From: Candidatus Adlerbacteria bacterium RIFCSPHIGHO2_02_FULL_54_18
GTDB lineage: Bacteria; Patescibacteriota; Minisyncoccia; Phycocordibacterales; SBAW01
Assembly (NCBI GenBank): GCA_001775445.1
Contig: MEWV01000009.1
Location: forward strand, 1-33,950
Direction: 5' to 3'
DNA length: 33,950 nt
The position numbers were made by a program, and so were the translations under genes. Below, one piece after another: positions 1 to 6,963 of this stretch (position 1 is the first letter of the stretch; every line of letters starts with the position of its first letter). The notes under the pieces are model-generated. The model was not told where the DNA came from, did no database searches, and saw nothing but the letters and a program-made list of their open reading frames with translations.

Positions 1-1045
1 ACTCATTGCTTATATTGAGCTCGGCGCGGATGCCCGCCGCCTTCAATTGCTCTTGTGCCTGCTGTGCAAACGCCTGATGTGCCTCACCGATGGGGAGCAC
101 TGCTGCCTGTACGGGCGAGAGCCAGGTGGGGAAGGCGCCGGCATATTTTTCGATAAGAAAGGCCATAATGCGCTCAATGGCGCCGATAGACGAGCGGTGT
201 ATCACGAATGCGCGTTTTTTGCTGCCATCTTCGGCGGTGTAGTTTAAGTCAAAGCGGTCCGGCATACAAAAGTCGTATTGTACGGTAAAGGCCGTATCTT
301 CCTTGCCGTTGACGTTCTTCATTTGGATATCTATCTTCGGACCGTAAAAGGCGGCCTCATCCTTTGCCTCTTCAAAATCACCGCCGCGCTTTTGCATCAC
401 CGTACGCAAAAGGTCCTCGCTCTTCTCCCACGCGGCGTCGTTCTTATAGTATTTTTCGGTGTTGACTCGATCACCAAGAGAAAGCCGGTAACGATAATCT
501 ACTCCAAGCTGAAGTCCAAAAACAGTAGCCATATGCTCAATAAGGTCGAGCGCACTGTTTGCCTCGCTCGCGGCCTGCTCCTCGCTGGCGCAGATAATGT
601 GCGCATCGGCAAGGCAGAAGGTCCGGAGGCGCTGGAGCCCCATTAGCTCGCCGGACTGCTCATAGCGATAGAGCTGCGCGAGTTCGGCTATGCGCATAGG
701 CAGTTCGCGGTAGCTGTGCGGAGCGCTTAGATACATCTGAAAGTGATGCGGGCAAGTCATCGGACGGAGCATAAACTTGTCTCCGTCGATACCTATCGGC
801 GCATACATGGAGTCCTTGTAGTGCGGGTAATGGCCGGATTTTTCATACAGCTCCAGTCGGGCAAGATCGGGCGTATGCACATGGAGGTAGCCGCGTTTTG
901 TTTCCTCCTCGATAACAAACTTCTCAAGCTCGCGCTTTACTATTGCACCTTTCGGCAAAAACATAGGAAGACCTTTGCCTACCATAGGGTCTATATAAAA
1001 AAGTCCTAACTCAGGACCTAGTTTTTTGTGGTCTCGTTCTTCCAT
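1..1045 (-). CDS. thrS: threonyl-tRNA synthetase, catalytic core; 3' end lies beyond the left window edge
   Basis: The minus frame is open from ATG (1043-1045) to position 1. It is missing from the ORF track because it has no stop inside the window. My translation: MEERDHKKLGPELGLFYIDPMVGKGLPMFLPKGAIVKRELEKFVIEEETKRGYLHVHTPDLARLELYEKSGHYPHYKDSMYAP..LRPMTCPHHFQMY..LYRYEQSGELMGLQRLRTFCLADAHIIC. The RDH+KLG..LF entry motif and class II motif 2 are typical of ThrRS. The plus-strand ORFs at 47-1009 are shadows of this gene. Confidence 0.85.
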   Translation of the reverse strand, partial: MEERDHKKLGPELGLFYIDPMVGKGLPMFLPKGAIVKRELEKFVIEEETKRGYLHVHTPDLARLELYEKSGHYPHYKDSMYAPIGIDGDKFMLRPMTCPHHFQMYLSAPHSYRELPMRIAELAQLYRYEQSGELMGLQRLRTFCLADAHIICASEEQAASEANSALDLIEHMATVFGLQLGVDYRYRLSLGDRVNTEKYYKNDAAWEKSEDLLRTVMQKRGGDFEEAKDEAAFYGPKIDIQMKNVNGKEDTAFTVQYDFCMPDRFDLNYTAEDGSKKRAFVIHRSSIGAIERIMAFLIEKYAGAFPTWLSPVQAAVLPIGEAHQAFAQQAQEQLKAAGIRAELNISNE

Positions 1046-1078
1046 ATAATTATTCTCTATCCTACCGCAACCGCGCAT

Positions 1079-1114
1079 AAAAGAAAAACCCCGCTCCGGC
1101 GTAGTGGAGAGGGG
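1079..1114 (-). terminator. rho-independent terminator of the 145-aa gene
   Basis: Minus-strand RNA reads CCCCUCUCC-ACUACGCC-GGAGCGGGG. This is a 9-bp stem with one mismatch (1089-1097 paired with 1106-1114) and an 8-nt loop, followed by UUUUUCUUUU (1079-1088). Confidence 0.5.
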
Positions 1115-1132
1115 TTGTTGCCCGTGGGGTGA

Positions 1133-1570
1133 TTACGCTACGCCGCGGTCGGTGTTATCCACCGCCAACCGCGGGCGAGGACGCGGCAGAGCAGCCGTGG
1201 CGGCTTCTTGCATAAGCGGAATTTGTTTTACCGCGTAGCAAAGTATGCGGCACGCATCGCGCGAAAGCAGGCCGGCGTTCTCGACAACCGCCCCGAACAC
1301 GCAGGTGTGCCGCAACAAGATGTCCTCCTCGCAAGCGAGGTAGAAGTACTCGAGCTCTGGGTAAAATAGCCCAAGTACAGAGCGTAAAAATGAGGTCGCC
1401 TCTACCCGCGCCTCCCAGTCGTCCGACTGCGCGACGGCCGCAATTTTTTGCAGGACAACGCCAGCAATATACTGGCATTGCATTTCATAGTTAGGACCGT
1501 CGAGCTTTACCGCCCAACTGGCTGCCCCTCGCGCCTCGTATAGAGTTTTCTTCAGTTCCCAAGTTGTCAT
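1133..1570 (-). CDS. hypothetical protein, 145 aa, five Cys, no recognisable domain
   Basis: Internal ATG (MTTWELKK...) of the 179-aa track ORF. It starts 10 nt after the stop of the upstream 52-aa ORF and is followed by a terminator. I recognise no motif. Confidence 0.45.
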   Translation of the reverse strand: MTTWELKKTLYEARGAASWAVKLDGPNYEMQCQYIAGVVLQKIAAVAQSDDWEARVEATSFLRSVLGLFYPELEYFYLACEEDILLRHTCVFGAVVENAGLLSRDACRILCYAVKQIPLMQEAATAALPRPRPRLAVDNTDRGVA

Positions 1571-1580
1571 GGTGCTACCC

Positions 1581-1739
1581 CTACTTGCCACGGACAATAT
1601 CTTCAATATGTCCCCTCTTAGTAAGAGCAACTCGCCGAAGAAACTCCTCGCGCATCTTCCGATCGAGCTCACCGAGTTGGTATTCCTCTTCGGTGAGGTT
1701 GCGAATGACGCGGAGCCCCTTATTAACGGGCTGGTTCAT
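1581..1739 (-). CDS. hypothetical small protein, 52 aa, possibly ribbon-helix-helix-like
   Basis: It falls below the ORF-track size cutoff. My translation: MNQPVNKGLRVIRNLTEEEYQLGELDRKMREEFLRRVALTKRGHIEDIVRGK. It is preceded by GGAGG-N8-ATG (minus strand, CATGGAGGATAATAAAATG). The short strand followed by two helices is only suggestive of an RHH fold. Confidence 0.4.
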   Translation of the reverse strand: MNQPVNKGLRVIRNLTEEEYQLGELDRKMREEFLRRVALTKRGHIEDIVRGK

Positions 1740-1854
1740 TTTATTATCCTCCATGTTATTGGAGTCCTGCGAGTTGCAGAACTCCGGGTATATGACCGGT
1801 CTCGGAGAGTATCATCACCGCGACCACTAGAGCGACTAGGGACTTTAACATGAT

Positions 1855-1921
1855 AACCCCTCTTGCTTTTTTACTTCTGGCAAAAAGAATACTCCTTTTC
1901 TGCTAAATGTCAAGAGGGGTT
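1855..1921. repeat. perfect 11-bp inverted repeat with a 45-nt spacer that encloses a promoter-like element
   Basis: aacccctcttg (1855-1865) and caagaggggtt (1911-1921) are exact reverse complements. Confidence 0.8.
1886..1913 (-). promoter_or_regulatory. sigma70-like promoter for the 52-aa/145-aa cassette
   Basis: On the minus strand, TTGACA (1908-1913) is followed by a 16-nt spacer and TATTCT (1886-1891). This sits about 140 nt upstream of the 52-aa ORF. Confidence 0.35.
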
Positions 1922-1929
1922 GTGCACAC

Positions 1930-4900
1930 CTACAGCGCCTTCAGTTTTTCGGCCACGAGCGAGAGTTCGCCGTTGCGGTTGGAGAGCCGGCCTTTGAGCG
2001 CGATGCAATTGTCGACCACCACTAGTGCCTTATGCTCGGCAAAACTTTTTGGGAAGATGACCGCCTCAATCGATCCATCGTAGTCGGCAATTTTTATAAA
2101 AGCCATCTGCTCGCCGCCGCGGGTCAGCACCACGCGCACGCTTTCTATCATCCCCGCAGCCACGGTCGTGGTGCCCGGGCGCACCTGCTGTTTCATCTGC
2201 CCGATAGTGAGCGCCTTGCCCGCGGCATGAGCGTTGCGCAACTTGTCTTTTACTCGGTCGAGCGGATGCCCCGAGACATAGAGCCCAAGGAGCTCCTTTT
2301 CCCACAGTAGCCGTTCGGCGAGCGGCGCTTCGGGCGCGGGGGGGAGCAGGAGGTCGCTTGTACCGCCGAGCCCGGCAAAGAGCGACTCATTTCCCTGGTC
2401 TTTTGCGCTGCGATGATACTCGAGTAGGAGTTCGAGGTGGGCGAGCATCGCTCCGCGTCCGCCGTCGGAGTACCCGCTTCCCCCGAGTTGGTCGAGTGCC
2501 CCGCTTTGTATCAGCGCCTCGAGCGACTTTTTATTAAGGTTTTGATCGGTAATACGGCGCAGAAAGTCCGACAGCGAAATAAACGTTCCGCCGCGCTTGC
2601 GTTCGGCGATAATAGCGTCGGCGATGCCACGCCCGAAGTTTTTTATAGAATAGAGTCCAAAGCGGATACTGTCCTCCATCGCCCCTTTGGCGAGTGCGGC
2701 CGCCTTTTCTGTCTTTTGTGCGCTCGCGCCGAGCACTACGGTAAAGTCGCCGAAGCTGCTTTGGACATCCGGCGGGAGCACCGGAAGTCCCATCCGTTTG
2801 CACTCCGCGACCATGGTAGAAATGGTGTCGACATCGCCCGCCTCGGCGGTCAAGACCGCCGCCATATACTCGAGGGGGAAGTTGGCCTTCATATAGGCGG
2901 TCTGGTAGGCCACGCGCCCGTAGCTTGCGGCGTGTGCTTTGTTGAACCCGTATGCGGCAAAGGGCTCAATGAGCTTCCACAATTTTTCCGCAAGGGCCGC
3001 TGAGAGTTTGCCGTAGTTTATAAACCCCTTAATCAGTTTTTCTTTCTCGGCTTGCATTACCGCCGGGATTTTTTTTCCCATCGCTTTGCGCAGAATATCG
3101 GCCTCAAGCCAACTGTAGCCGCCGAGTTTTATAGCGGTCAAGAGTACGTCGTCCTGGTATACCAGCACTCCGTAAGAAAAGTCGAGATATTCCTTCATCC
3201 GTGGGTCGAGGTAGTGGATCATATGCGGGTTATGCTTGCGCTCTATATATTGCGGAATGGTCTCCATCGGCCCGGGCCTAAAAAGCGCCACCATCGCGTT
3301 GATGTCGTGGATAGTGGTGGGGCGCAACTCTTTTAGGTAGCGTGTCATACCGGAGCCATTGAGCTGGAAAGTGCCTTCCGTCTCGCCGCGCGCCAGCATC
3401 TCAAAGGTCTTGGAGTCGTCCACGGGGACGTTTTCTATATCCACCTGCACGCCGCGCGTCTTTTCAACAAGCCGCACCGCGTCGGCCAGTATTGCCAGAT
3501 TGCGGATGCCGAGGAAGTCGAACTTAAGGAGCCCCGCGTCTTCTATCGAGTACATATCGTACTGCGTGATGGTCTTTCCGCCTTTAGGATCGAGCTGGAG
3601 CGGCGCGTAGTCGGTGAGCGGTGTCGGCGCTATAACGACACCCGCCGCGTGCACGCCGACGTGCCGCGCGCATCCCTCAATTGTACGGCCTAGGTCTATT
3701 ATTTCTTTGACCTCCTCCTCGTTCTCATACATTTTTTTTAACTCCGGGCTTTCCTCAAGCGCGCGCTCAAGCGTCATAGGGAAGCCCTGCGAACCAAAGG
3801 GGGTTGCCTTTGCTATCGCGTCTCCAATGCCGTAGGCGTAGCCGAGAGCGCGCGCCACATCGCGCACCACTCCGCGCGCAAGCATCGTTCCGAAAGTGCC
3901 TATCTGGGCAACCTGTGCAGAGCCGTATTTGGCGCGGACGTACTCTATCACCTCCTCGCGCCGGTTGTCCGCAAAGTCCATATCAATGTCGGGCGGCGAA
4001 GGGCGCTCGGGATTAAGAAACCGCTCAAACGGGAGTTTGTACTCCAAAGGATCCACATTGGTAATGCCGGTCACATAGGTCACCAAGGATCCGGCGACCG
4101 AGCCGCGGATAGTGGTCAGTATTTTATGCTCGCGCGCATAGGCGAGCAGGTCTGCGACTACCAAAAAGTAGGGCGCATAGCCCTTGTCGGTGATTATTTT
4201 AAACTCATACTCGACGCGCTCGCGCACCGCATTGTTTGCCGAACCGAATCTTTTTTTAATCCCTTCCTCTATAAGTATCCGCAACTCTTCGTTGTAGTTG
4301 CTATGGGGCGGTAGGGGAAAGTGGGGGAACACCCACGTGCCCAACTGGAGCTCCACAGTGCACTGCTTTGCTATTTCTTGTGTGCGTGCAATCTGCGCTT
4401 CGGTATATTTTTTTGCAATGTCTGTAGCGGTGGGGAAAAAGTACGCTGCATCTTCCTCGGCAACTCCTCCCTCCTCGGAGGGGCCGCGGTTTTCTATAGC
4501 ACGCAGTACCTCCCACGCTCTCCTGTCCTTTGGCTCCAGGTAGTATGTTTGAGGAAGCGCAATAGTGGTGTCGTACGGGTCAAGCTCGATAAGCCCTGCA
4601 GAGCGCTCCGCAAGCATTTCTCGCGTGAGTGGCGTGCCTTGCGCGTTGTGCACGTGCGTCTCGGTGACGAGCCACATCAAGTTTTTATATCCGACGATGT
4701 CTTTGGCGTAGAGGAGCACGCGCTTGCCGCCCTCTAGCGAGGCATCAAGCCCCAAGATGGGTTTGATGCTCGCCGCCTTGCACTCTTTGTAAAACTCGAT
4801 GGCACCGTAGAGATTGTCGATGTCCGTGAGCGCCAGCGCTTCGTAGCCCTGCTCTTTTGCTTTTTTGACCAAGTCGGGGATTTTTGGTAGTGCTTTAAGA

Positions 4901-4944
4901 AGCGAGTAGTGTGAGTGCACGTGGAGCGGTACAAAACCTGACAT
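1930..4944 (-). CDS. dnaE: DNA polymerase III alpha subunit (short form, 1004 aa)
   Basis: N-terminal PHP domain (FVPLHVHSHYSLL, ALALTDIDNLYG). Polymerase core motifs (PDIDMDF, GVHAAGVVI, GLLKFDFLG). C-terminal OB-fold region. Confidence 0.95.
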   Translation of the reverse strand: MSGFVPLHVHSHYSLLKALPKIPDLVKKAKEQGYEALALTDIDNLYGAIEFYKECKAASIKPILGLDASLEGGKRVLLYAKDIVGYKNLMWLVTETHVHNAQGTPLTREMLAERSAGLIELDPYDTTIALPQTYYLEPKDRRAWEVLRAIENRGPSEEGGVAEEDAAYFFPTATDIAKKYTEAQIARTQEIAKQCTVELQLGTWVFPHFPLPPHSNYNEELRILIEEGIKKRFGSANNAVRERVEYEFKIITDKGYAPYFLVVADLLAYAREHKILTTIRGSVAGSLVTYVTGITNVDPLEYKLPFERFLNPERPSPPDIDMDFADNRREEVIEYVRAKYGSAQVAQIGTFGTMLARGVVRDVARALGYAYGIGDAIAKATPFGSQGFPMTLERALEESPELKKMYENEEEVKEIIDLGRTIEGCARHVGVHAAGVVIAPTPLTDYAPLQLDPKGGKTITQYDMYSIEDAGLLKFDFLGIRNLAILADAVRLVEKTRGVQVDIENVPVDDSKTFEMLARGETEGTFQLNGSGMTRYLKELRPTTIHDINAMVALFRPGPMETIPQYIERKHNPHMIHYLDPRMKEYLDFSYGVLVYQDDVLLTAIKLGGYSWLEADILRKAMGKKIPAVMQAEKEKLIKGFINYGKLSAALAEKLWKLIEPFAAYGFNKAHAASYGRVAYQTAYMKANFPLEYMAAVLTAEAGDVDTISTMVAECKRMGLPVLPPDVQSSFGDFTVVLGASAQKTEKAAALAKGAMEDSIRFGLYSIKNFGRGIADAIIAERKRGGTFISLSDFLRRITDQNLNKKSLEALIQSGALDQLGGSGYSDGGRGAMLAHLELLLEYHRSAKDQGNESLFAGLGGTSDLLLPPAPEAPLAERLLWEKELLGLYVSGHPLDRVKDKLRNAHAAGKALTIGQMKQQVRPGTTTVAAGMIESVRVVLTRGGEQMAFIKIADYDGSIEAVIFPKSFAEHKALVVVDNCIALKGRLSNRNGELSLVAEKLKAL

Positions 4945-4950
4945 GTGTCG

Positions 4951-4956
4951 ATTATA
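4951..4956 (-). promoter_or_regulatory. -10 box placed for a leaderless dnaE mRNA
   Basis: The minus strand reads TATAAT-cgacac-ATG, a perfect hexamer 6 nt from the start codon with no SD. Confidence 0.45.
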
Positions 4957-5022
4957 CGCTTATCTCGCCCCTTTGAGCGAGCTCGGTTATTATGGCGACA
5001 GAAAATAGAAGGAGGAGGTACC

Positions 5023-5229
5023 ATGAGAGTTGTCTATGCAGTCACAGAGGTAGTGGCAATGATGATCTGTTTCGTAATAATAATACTGCTCTTGCTGGGA
5101 CAGATCGGTGGGTTTCTCACAGCGCCGCTTCAGTCATTCGCTACTGGGGTGGATATATTGTGGATAAGCTTGGGTCTTGTGCTAGTCATTAATATCTCAC
5201 GTTTTCTGCGTAGAAGGTGTAGTTCCTAA
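5023..5229 (+). CDS. small membrane protein, 68 aa, two predicted TM helices
   Basis: Internal ATG preceded by a strong SD (gaaGGAGGAGGtaccATG). The sequence MRVVYAVTEVVAMMICFVIIILLLLGQ...ILWISLGLVLVINISRFLRRR has two hydrophobic stretches and a basic tail. It lies in visibly AT-richer sequence. Confidence 0.5.
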   Translation: MRVVYAVTEVVAMMICFVIIILLLLGQIGGFLTAPLQSFATGVDILWISLGLVLVINISRFLRRRCSS

Positions 5230-5270
5230 ACAAGCACGGTTCCTAAAGAACAGTTTTTTCTTTAGTAGAA

Positions 5271-5310
5271 TATTCAATAATTTTAACGGTCGTGAAAGTT
5301 ATGGAATATT
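5271..5310. repeat. direct repeat copy A (40 bp)
   Basis: tattcaataattttaacggtcgtgaaagttatggaatatt. It aligns without gaps to 5891-5930 at 35/40 identity, and the 27-nt core differs at a single base. Confidence 0.85.
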
Positions 5311-5891
5311 TAACTCAACATAAAATGGGTTTTTACTTTTGAGTCGTTCTCTATTTTCTCTACAACCATATAAAGGACGGCATTGCCTATCTGTAAGTCG
5401 GCTTTGACCAACGCCATAAAATCTTCGCAATCGTATGGATAGATCCACACGCTATCTTGTAATCGATAAAAACCAGCGGTGCGCATGGTAAGCCGGAGTT
5501 TATCGCGCGTGCCTCGGCGGTATTCCGGTATATCAAAAATAACTACCCGCCAGCGCTTGTCCCAACGTTTCTTTTTCTGTAACTGAAGAGTAGTCTTTTG
5601 TTCTTCGAGCGCGAGTACACGCCGTCCCGCCGGCGTAATACGGACTAACTTTCTACCATTTTCTCTAATGAAGACAACAAACCCTTTATTGGCAAGACGC
5701 ATGAGAGTATCGTTTACTTGATGCTTAAATCGATATGGATTGCGCTTTTTGTTTCCTAACAACTTGAGAATGTTTATCCGCGGAGCAGCTCCGATCATAA
5801 CCATTCCGCCGATTAGAAGGGTAGTAAGCAGGGCTTTTTGTATACTCTCCCGCCGCCTGATCTTTTTTGCTCCCGCTTCAACTGTTTTCAT
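5310..5891 (-). CDS. orphan Cas2/PaaX-C-like protein with N-terminal TM segment and wHTH-like middle region, 193 aa
   Basis: ATG two codons inside the track ORF, which starts at a TTG. It has a hydrophobic N-terminal segment (ALLTTLLIGGMVMIGAA). It also has WDKRWRVVIFDIPEYRRGTRDKLRLTMRTAGFYRLQDSVWIYPYDCEDF, the hhhh-D-I-P...R...L...GF..LQ.SV pattern shared by Cas2 and the PaaX C-terminal domain. There is no cas1 or array nearby. Confidence 0.6.
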   Translation of the reverse strand: MKTVEAGAKKIRRRESIQKALLTTLLIGGMVMIGAAPRINILKLLGNKKRNPYRFKHQVNDTLMRLANKGFVVFIRENGRKLVRITPAGRRVLALEEQKTTLQLQKKKRWDKRWRVVIFDIPEYRRGTRDKLRLTMRTAGFYRLQDSVWIYPYDCEDFMALVKADLQIGNAVLYMVVEKIENDSKVKTHFMLS

Positions 5892-5930
5892 ATTCAAAGT
5901 TTATAACGGTCGTGAAGGTTATGGAATATT
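5891..5930. repeat. direct repeat copy B (40 bp)
   Basis: tattcaaagtttataacggtcgtgaaggttatggaatatt, exactly 620 bp downstream of copy A. Confidence 0.85.
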
Positions 5931-5951
5931 GATGGGTGTGGACAAGAGATT

Positions 5952-5960
5952 TGATATACT
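5952..5960 (+). promoter_or_regulatory. extended -10 element for leaderless rnhB
   Basis: TGaTATACT, then 7 nt (cacggca), then ATG at 5968. Confidence 0.5.
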
Positions 5961-5967
5961 CACGGCA

Positions 5968-6564
5968 ATGGCACCCGTCATTATTGGGGTAGATGAGGCG
6001 GGGCGGGGGTCCTTGGCCGGGCCGGTGGCGGTCGGGGTTGTGGCTGCTTCCCCGGGGTTAAACTTAAGGAGGATGTTCCCGGGGCTCAACGACTCTAAAC
6101 AACTGTCGCCCCGCAAACGTGCAGAGATTTATGACGAAGCTCTGCGCCGGGCGAAGGCAGGGGACATTAAGTTTTGTGTACGGCTCTCGCCCGCACTATA
6201 TATAGACACTTTTGGTATCGTGCGCGCGGTGCGCCGCAGCGTGTGGAGTGGCGTGCGCGCTCTCTCGCCCGACACGCGAGGGGTAAAAATATTTTTAGAC
6301 GGACTATTGGCGGCTCCTCCCGAGTATGAGCAAGAGACCATTATCAAGGGTGATGCGCTGGTGCCAGTTATCTCGCTCGCCTCTATTGTGGCCAAGGTTA
6401 CGCGCGATAGAGTGATGGAGCGGCTCTCAAAAAAGTACCCGGAGTATGGATTTGAGAGGCACAAAGGGTATGGCACGCTCTCGCATTACCGGGCTATTAA
6501 GCTCCACGGGTTGTGCGACATCCACCGCCGCACGTATTGCAAGATGAAAGAAACTAGCGTATAA
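5968..6564 (+). CDS. rnhB: ribonuclease HII
   Basis: MAPVIIGVDEAGRGSLAGPVAVGVV..., DSKQLSPRKR, IVAKVTRDRVM, HKGYGT. The start was chosen from the -10 spacing. ATG 5932 is an in-frame alternative. The 5740 start in the track overlaps the neighbouring gene. Confidence 0.9.
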   Translation: MAPVIIGVDEAGRGSLAGPVAVGVVAASPGLNLRRMFPGLNDSKQLSPRKRAEIYDEALRRAKAGDIKFCVRLSPALYIDTFGIVRAVRRSVWSGVRALSPDTRGVKIFLDGLLAAPPEYEQETIIKGDALVPVISLASIVAKVTRDRVMERLSKKYPEYGFERHKGYGTLSHYRAIKLHGLCDIHRRTYCKMKETSV

Positions 6565-6642
6565 TTCGTCTCCAGGTACAGCGTTCTTGTTTTGTTTCAC
6601 CGGCGTATCTTTTTTCAGCCAGAAAATCTAGGGAGACTACCC

Positions 6643-6891
6643 TTGCCTTCACAAGGACCAAAGGCACCACGCAACGGGAAACACACACACCCCTGCAAGC
6701 GAGATTGCCCGTTCTTCGAGGACATCGAGAAAAAGCGCGGCAAGCGGCTTTTCTCGATCGTGTGCTCGTGTAGCGGTCAAGCTCGAGTGCGCGCAGCACC
6801 TCCAAAAAGCGCTTACGTGTCCTGTCCGGACCACCCCGCCTATAAGCTCGCTCTAGGGCAGACGGTCGTCACCGCTTCGTCCGCAGACTAA
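6643..6891 (+). CDS. small Cys-rich protein, about 82 aa; possibly a truncated YceD/DUF177-like relic
   Basis: Strong GC3 periodicity (tgc aag cga gat tgc ccg ttc ttc gag gac atc gag...). GGGAG-N7-TTG start candidate, with TTG 6592 as an alternative. The stop lies 7 nt before a strong terminator. The sequence HPCKRDC...VCSC...SCPDH suggests metal binding. The position upstream of rpmF is where yceD usually sits. The family call is weak and from memory. Confidence 0.4.
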   Translation: MPSQGPKAPRNGKHTHPCKRDCPFFEDIEKKRGKRLFSIVCSCSGQARVRAAPPKSAYVSCPDHPAYKLALGQTVVTASSAD

Positions 6892-6898
6892 GCACCAC

Positions 6899-6938
6899 CC
6901 CCGTCCCATGCAGTGCATGGGACGGGGCTTTTCTTTTT
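6899..6938 (+). terminator. rho-independent terminator
   Basis: ccccgtcccatgc (6899-6911) pairs perfectly with gcatgggacgggg (6915-6927), giving a 13-bp stem. The T-tract ttttcttttt at 6929-6938 follows. Confidence 0.8.
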
Positions 6939-6948
6939 GCCCTGCATT

Positions 6949-6957
6949 TGCTATAGT
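6949..6957 (+). promoter_or_regulatory. extended -10 element for leaderless rpmF
   Basis: TGcTATAGT, then 6 nt (cgcgca), then ATG at 6964. Confidence 0.5.
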
Positions 6958-6963
6958 CGCGCA

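Noticed and set aside
47-1009. Three plus-strand ORFs (66, 122 and 88 aa) at the left edge.
   Set aside because: They are shadows of the minus-strand thrS frame. That frame translates into an unmistakable ThrRS catalytic domain and is open across the whole interval.
1108-1923. Shared 11-mer agaggggttgt (1108-1118 and 1913-1923). On the minus strand it reads ACAACCCCTCT shortly after the stops of the 145-aa gene and of dnaE. The 8-mer ggggttgt also recurs at about 6044, 28022 and 31552.
   Set aside because: It is too short, and I cannot count occurrences exhaustively or estimate expectation by eye. It may simply reflect similar terminator stems. A genome-wide k-mer enrichment test would settle it.
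5740-5967. The upstream extension of rnhB to 5740 (274-aa track ORF), and likewise truB to 30176, hisS to 30329, rpoBC to 16127 and rpmF to 6913.
   Set aside because: The extensions overlap neighbouring genes or promoter and terminator elements. They add non-homologous, odd-composition residues. Internal starts fit family N-termini and the -10 spacing.
5230-5970. CRISPR array or other cas genes next to the Cas2-like gene.
   Set aside because: Only two copies of the 40-bp repeat exist, 620 bp apart, with a gene rather than a spacer between them. There is no cas1 and no further repeats in the window.
6565-6900. Possible structured RNA gene (RNase P, SRP, tmRNA or 6S) in the rnhB-rpmF gap, which ends at a strong terminator.
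   Set aside because: I looked for hallmark strings on both strands: GAGGAAAGTCCGGGC and ACAGAACCCGGCTTA for RNase P, GGTCCGGAAGGAAGCAGC for SRP, and GGTTCGAATCC..CCACCA for tmRNA. I found only a loose GTCCGGAC/TAGGGCAG resemblance in the wrong order. The plus frame shows clear codon periodicity. A covariance-model scan is still the decisive test.
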